Positions 62,801 through 64,000 of a stretch of 64,000 nt of DNA are shown one piece after another. This stretch comes from Aplysia californica (taxonomy: Eukaryota). Each line of letters starts with the position of its first letter. Position 1 is the stretch's first letter. The translations under genes and the position numbers were made by a program. The stretch lies in assembly GCF_000002075.1 (NCBI RefSeq), contig NW_004797434.1, forward strand, positions 650,423 through 714,422, in the 5' to 3' direction. The notes under the pieces are model-generated. The model did not search any database and was not told the DNA's origin. It saw only the letters and a program-made list of their open reading frames with translations.

Positions 62801-64000
62801 TGTTTGGGAAATAAAATTTGTTTTGTTTTGGGGAAAGAGATGGTTCAATTTGGGAAATAGAAATGGTTCCGTTCTGAAGGGAGAAGTGGTTCTGTTCTTG
62901 AAATAAGTAGCAGCATGGAGGGGCATATGTTTGATATAGGGCTTGACTGTAGCTCCTATTATATTCTGTATCCTTGTTTGTTTTTTCAATTTGTTTCACT
63001 GTCTTTTAGTATTTCATGAATTAAAAGAGGAAAAATAAACTATTTCAAAGATAAATTCAATTCATTTTTCTTTATGAGCACCGAGGGAGCAGTATTACTA
63101 CTAAAATATCGTAATAGTCGAATTTCAAATTTCAGGTTGTGGCCATCCTATTTGAAGTAAACTTTTTTTGATTAATTAAATTTCTTCTTAATTTTGTGTC
63201 TGTTACTTCACAAAAAAATGTTAATTGATTTATAACTTGTGAAAGATGCTCTTTTTCTCTAGTTGTTGTCCAAAGGACAAAGCTCTAACTTTACAAAATA
63301 ATTGCAAGTTTTTAATTGTGGTAGGCCAGCTTTTTTTTAGTGGTAATACTGCCTCCTGGAATGCTTGAAAATTTGTTTTTCTTCTTTATCACAGTCAATG
63401 CATTTTTTCGTTTTATGAGGAAGATAAGGGAACTTTTAAAAAAGATTTTCTTTGACAAAATTTTTTGTTTGTTAAATGAGGTTTTTGATTTTCAGCCGGA
63501 GGAGTTTGTACCTTTTAATTTTGCTGCTATAAAGTGGACCTCTTTTATTTTTAAAGTGTTTTAATCTGCCCTGCTTTTTAAAAAACAAAACAAATGCATA
63601 TAAGTAAAATTGTGAAAGAAGAAAGGATGATTGGAATCATGTGCATGAGCGCCTGTAAACCTGTTAAAAATTGCTAAAGATTAAATTTAGAAAGACTGTA
63701 GCTCTGGGCGAAAAAAATAGATTTGAGACATGCACTTAAGAACTGTTGTTCAGCAAGCTGTAAATTAAGGGACAACTGAATTCCATAAATTGTTAGCACA
63801 ATTGCCAAGAAGTATGTTTCATGGGTCCTTGAAATAATTACTGCCTCACGAGGTATGCGTACATAGCTCACTCCCTAAATAATGGCACATATATAGCATC
63901 AAGTATGTTTCGTTCGAGCTTGAAATATTATAAGATAAGATAGGATACTACTTTATTATCCCAGAGGGAAATTTTCCTTGGCTGTACAGGACCGTAAAAA

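Overview
Eukaryotic (animal) genomic DNA that is intron-rich, about 38-40% GC by eye, and packed with SINEs, MITEs and microsatellites. The repeat repertoire suggests a lophotrochozoan, probably a gastropod mollusc (inference). I rebuilt three genes by hand from splice sites and reading phase. (1) TMEM115 (+, 3 coding exons, 9091-12316, 362 aa), probably followed by a very long 3'UTR. (2) DDX20/Gemin3 (-, 10 coding exons, 44570-27424, about 1995 aa), whose last exon is a 4.8-kb ORF encoding a greatly enlarged low-complexity C-terminus. (3) The 5' part of TBC1D22 (+, from 45155, running off the window), head-to-head with DDX20 across 584 bp. The strongest finding is in TBC1D22: the 66-nt exon carrying the catalytic arginine finger (IxxDxxR) occurs as two diverged tandem copies (59250-59315 and 61949-62014), both with intact splice sites. 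They are flanked by long-range complementary intronic segments and QKI/Rbfox-type motifs, so they are a candidate mutually exclusive exon pair that swaps the Rab-GAP active-site loop. Other observations include a SINE insertion that duplicated a DDX20 splice donor, modular SINE families sharing one 3' tail, nested and foldback transposons, and a pre-miRNA-like hairpin. There are two N gaps (54576-54736, 57383-57548).
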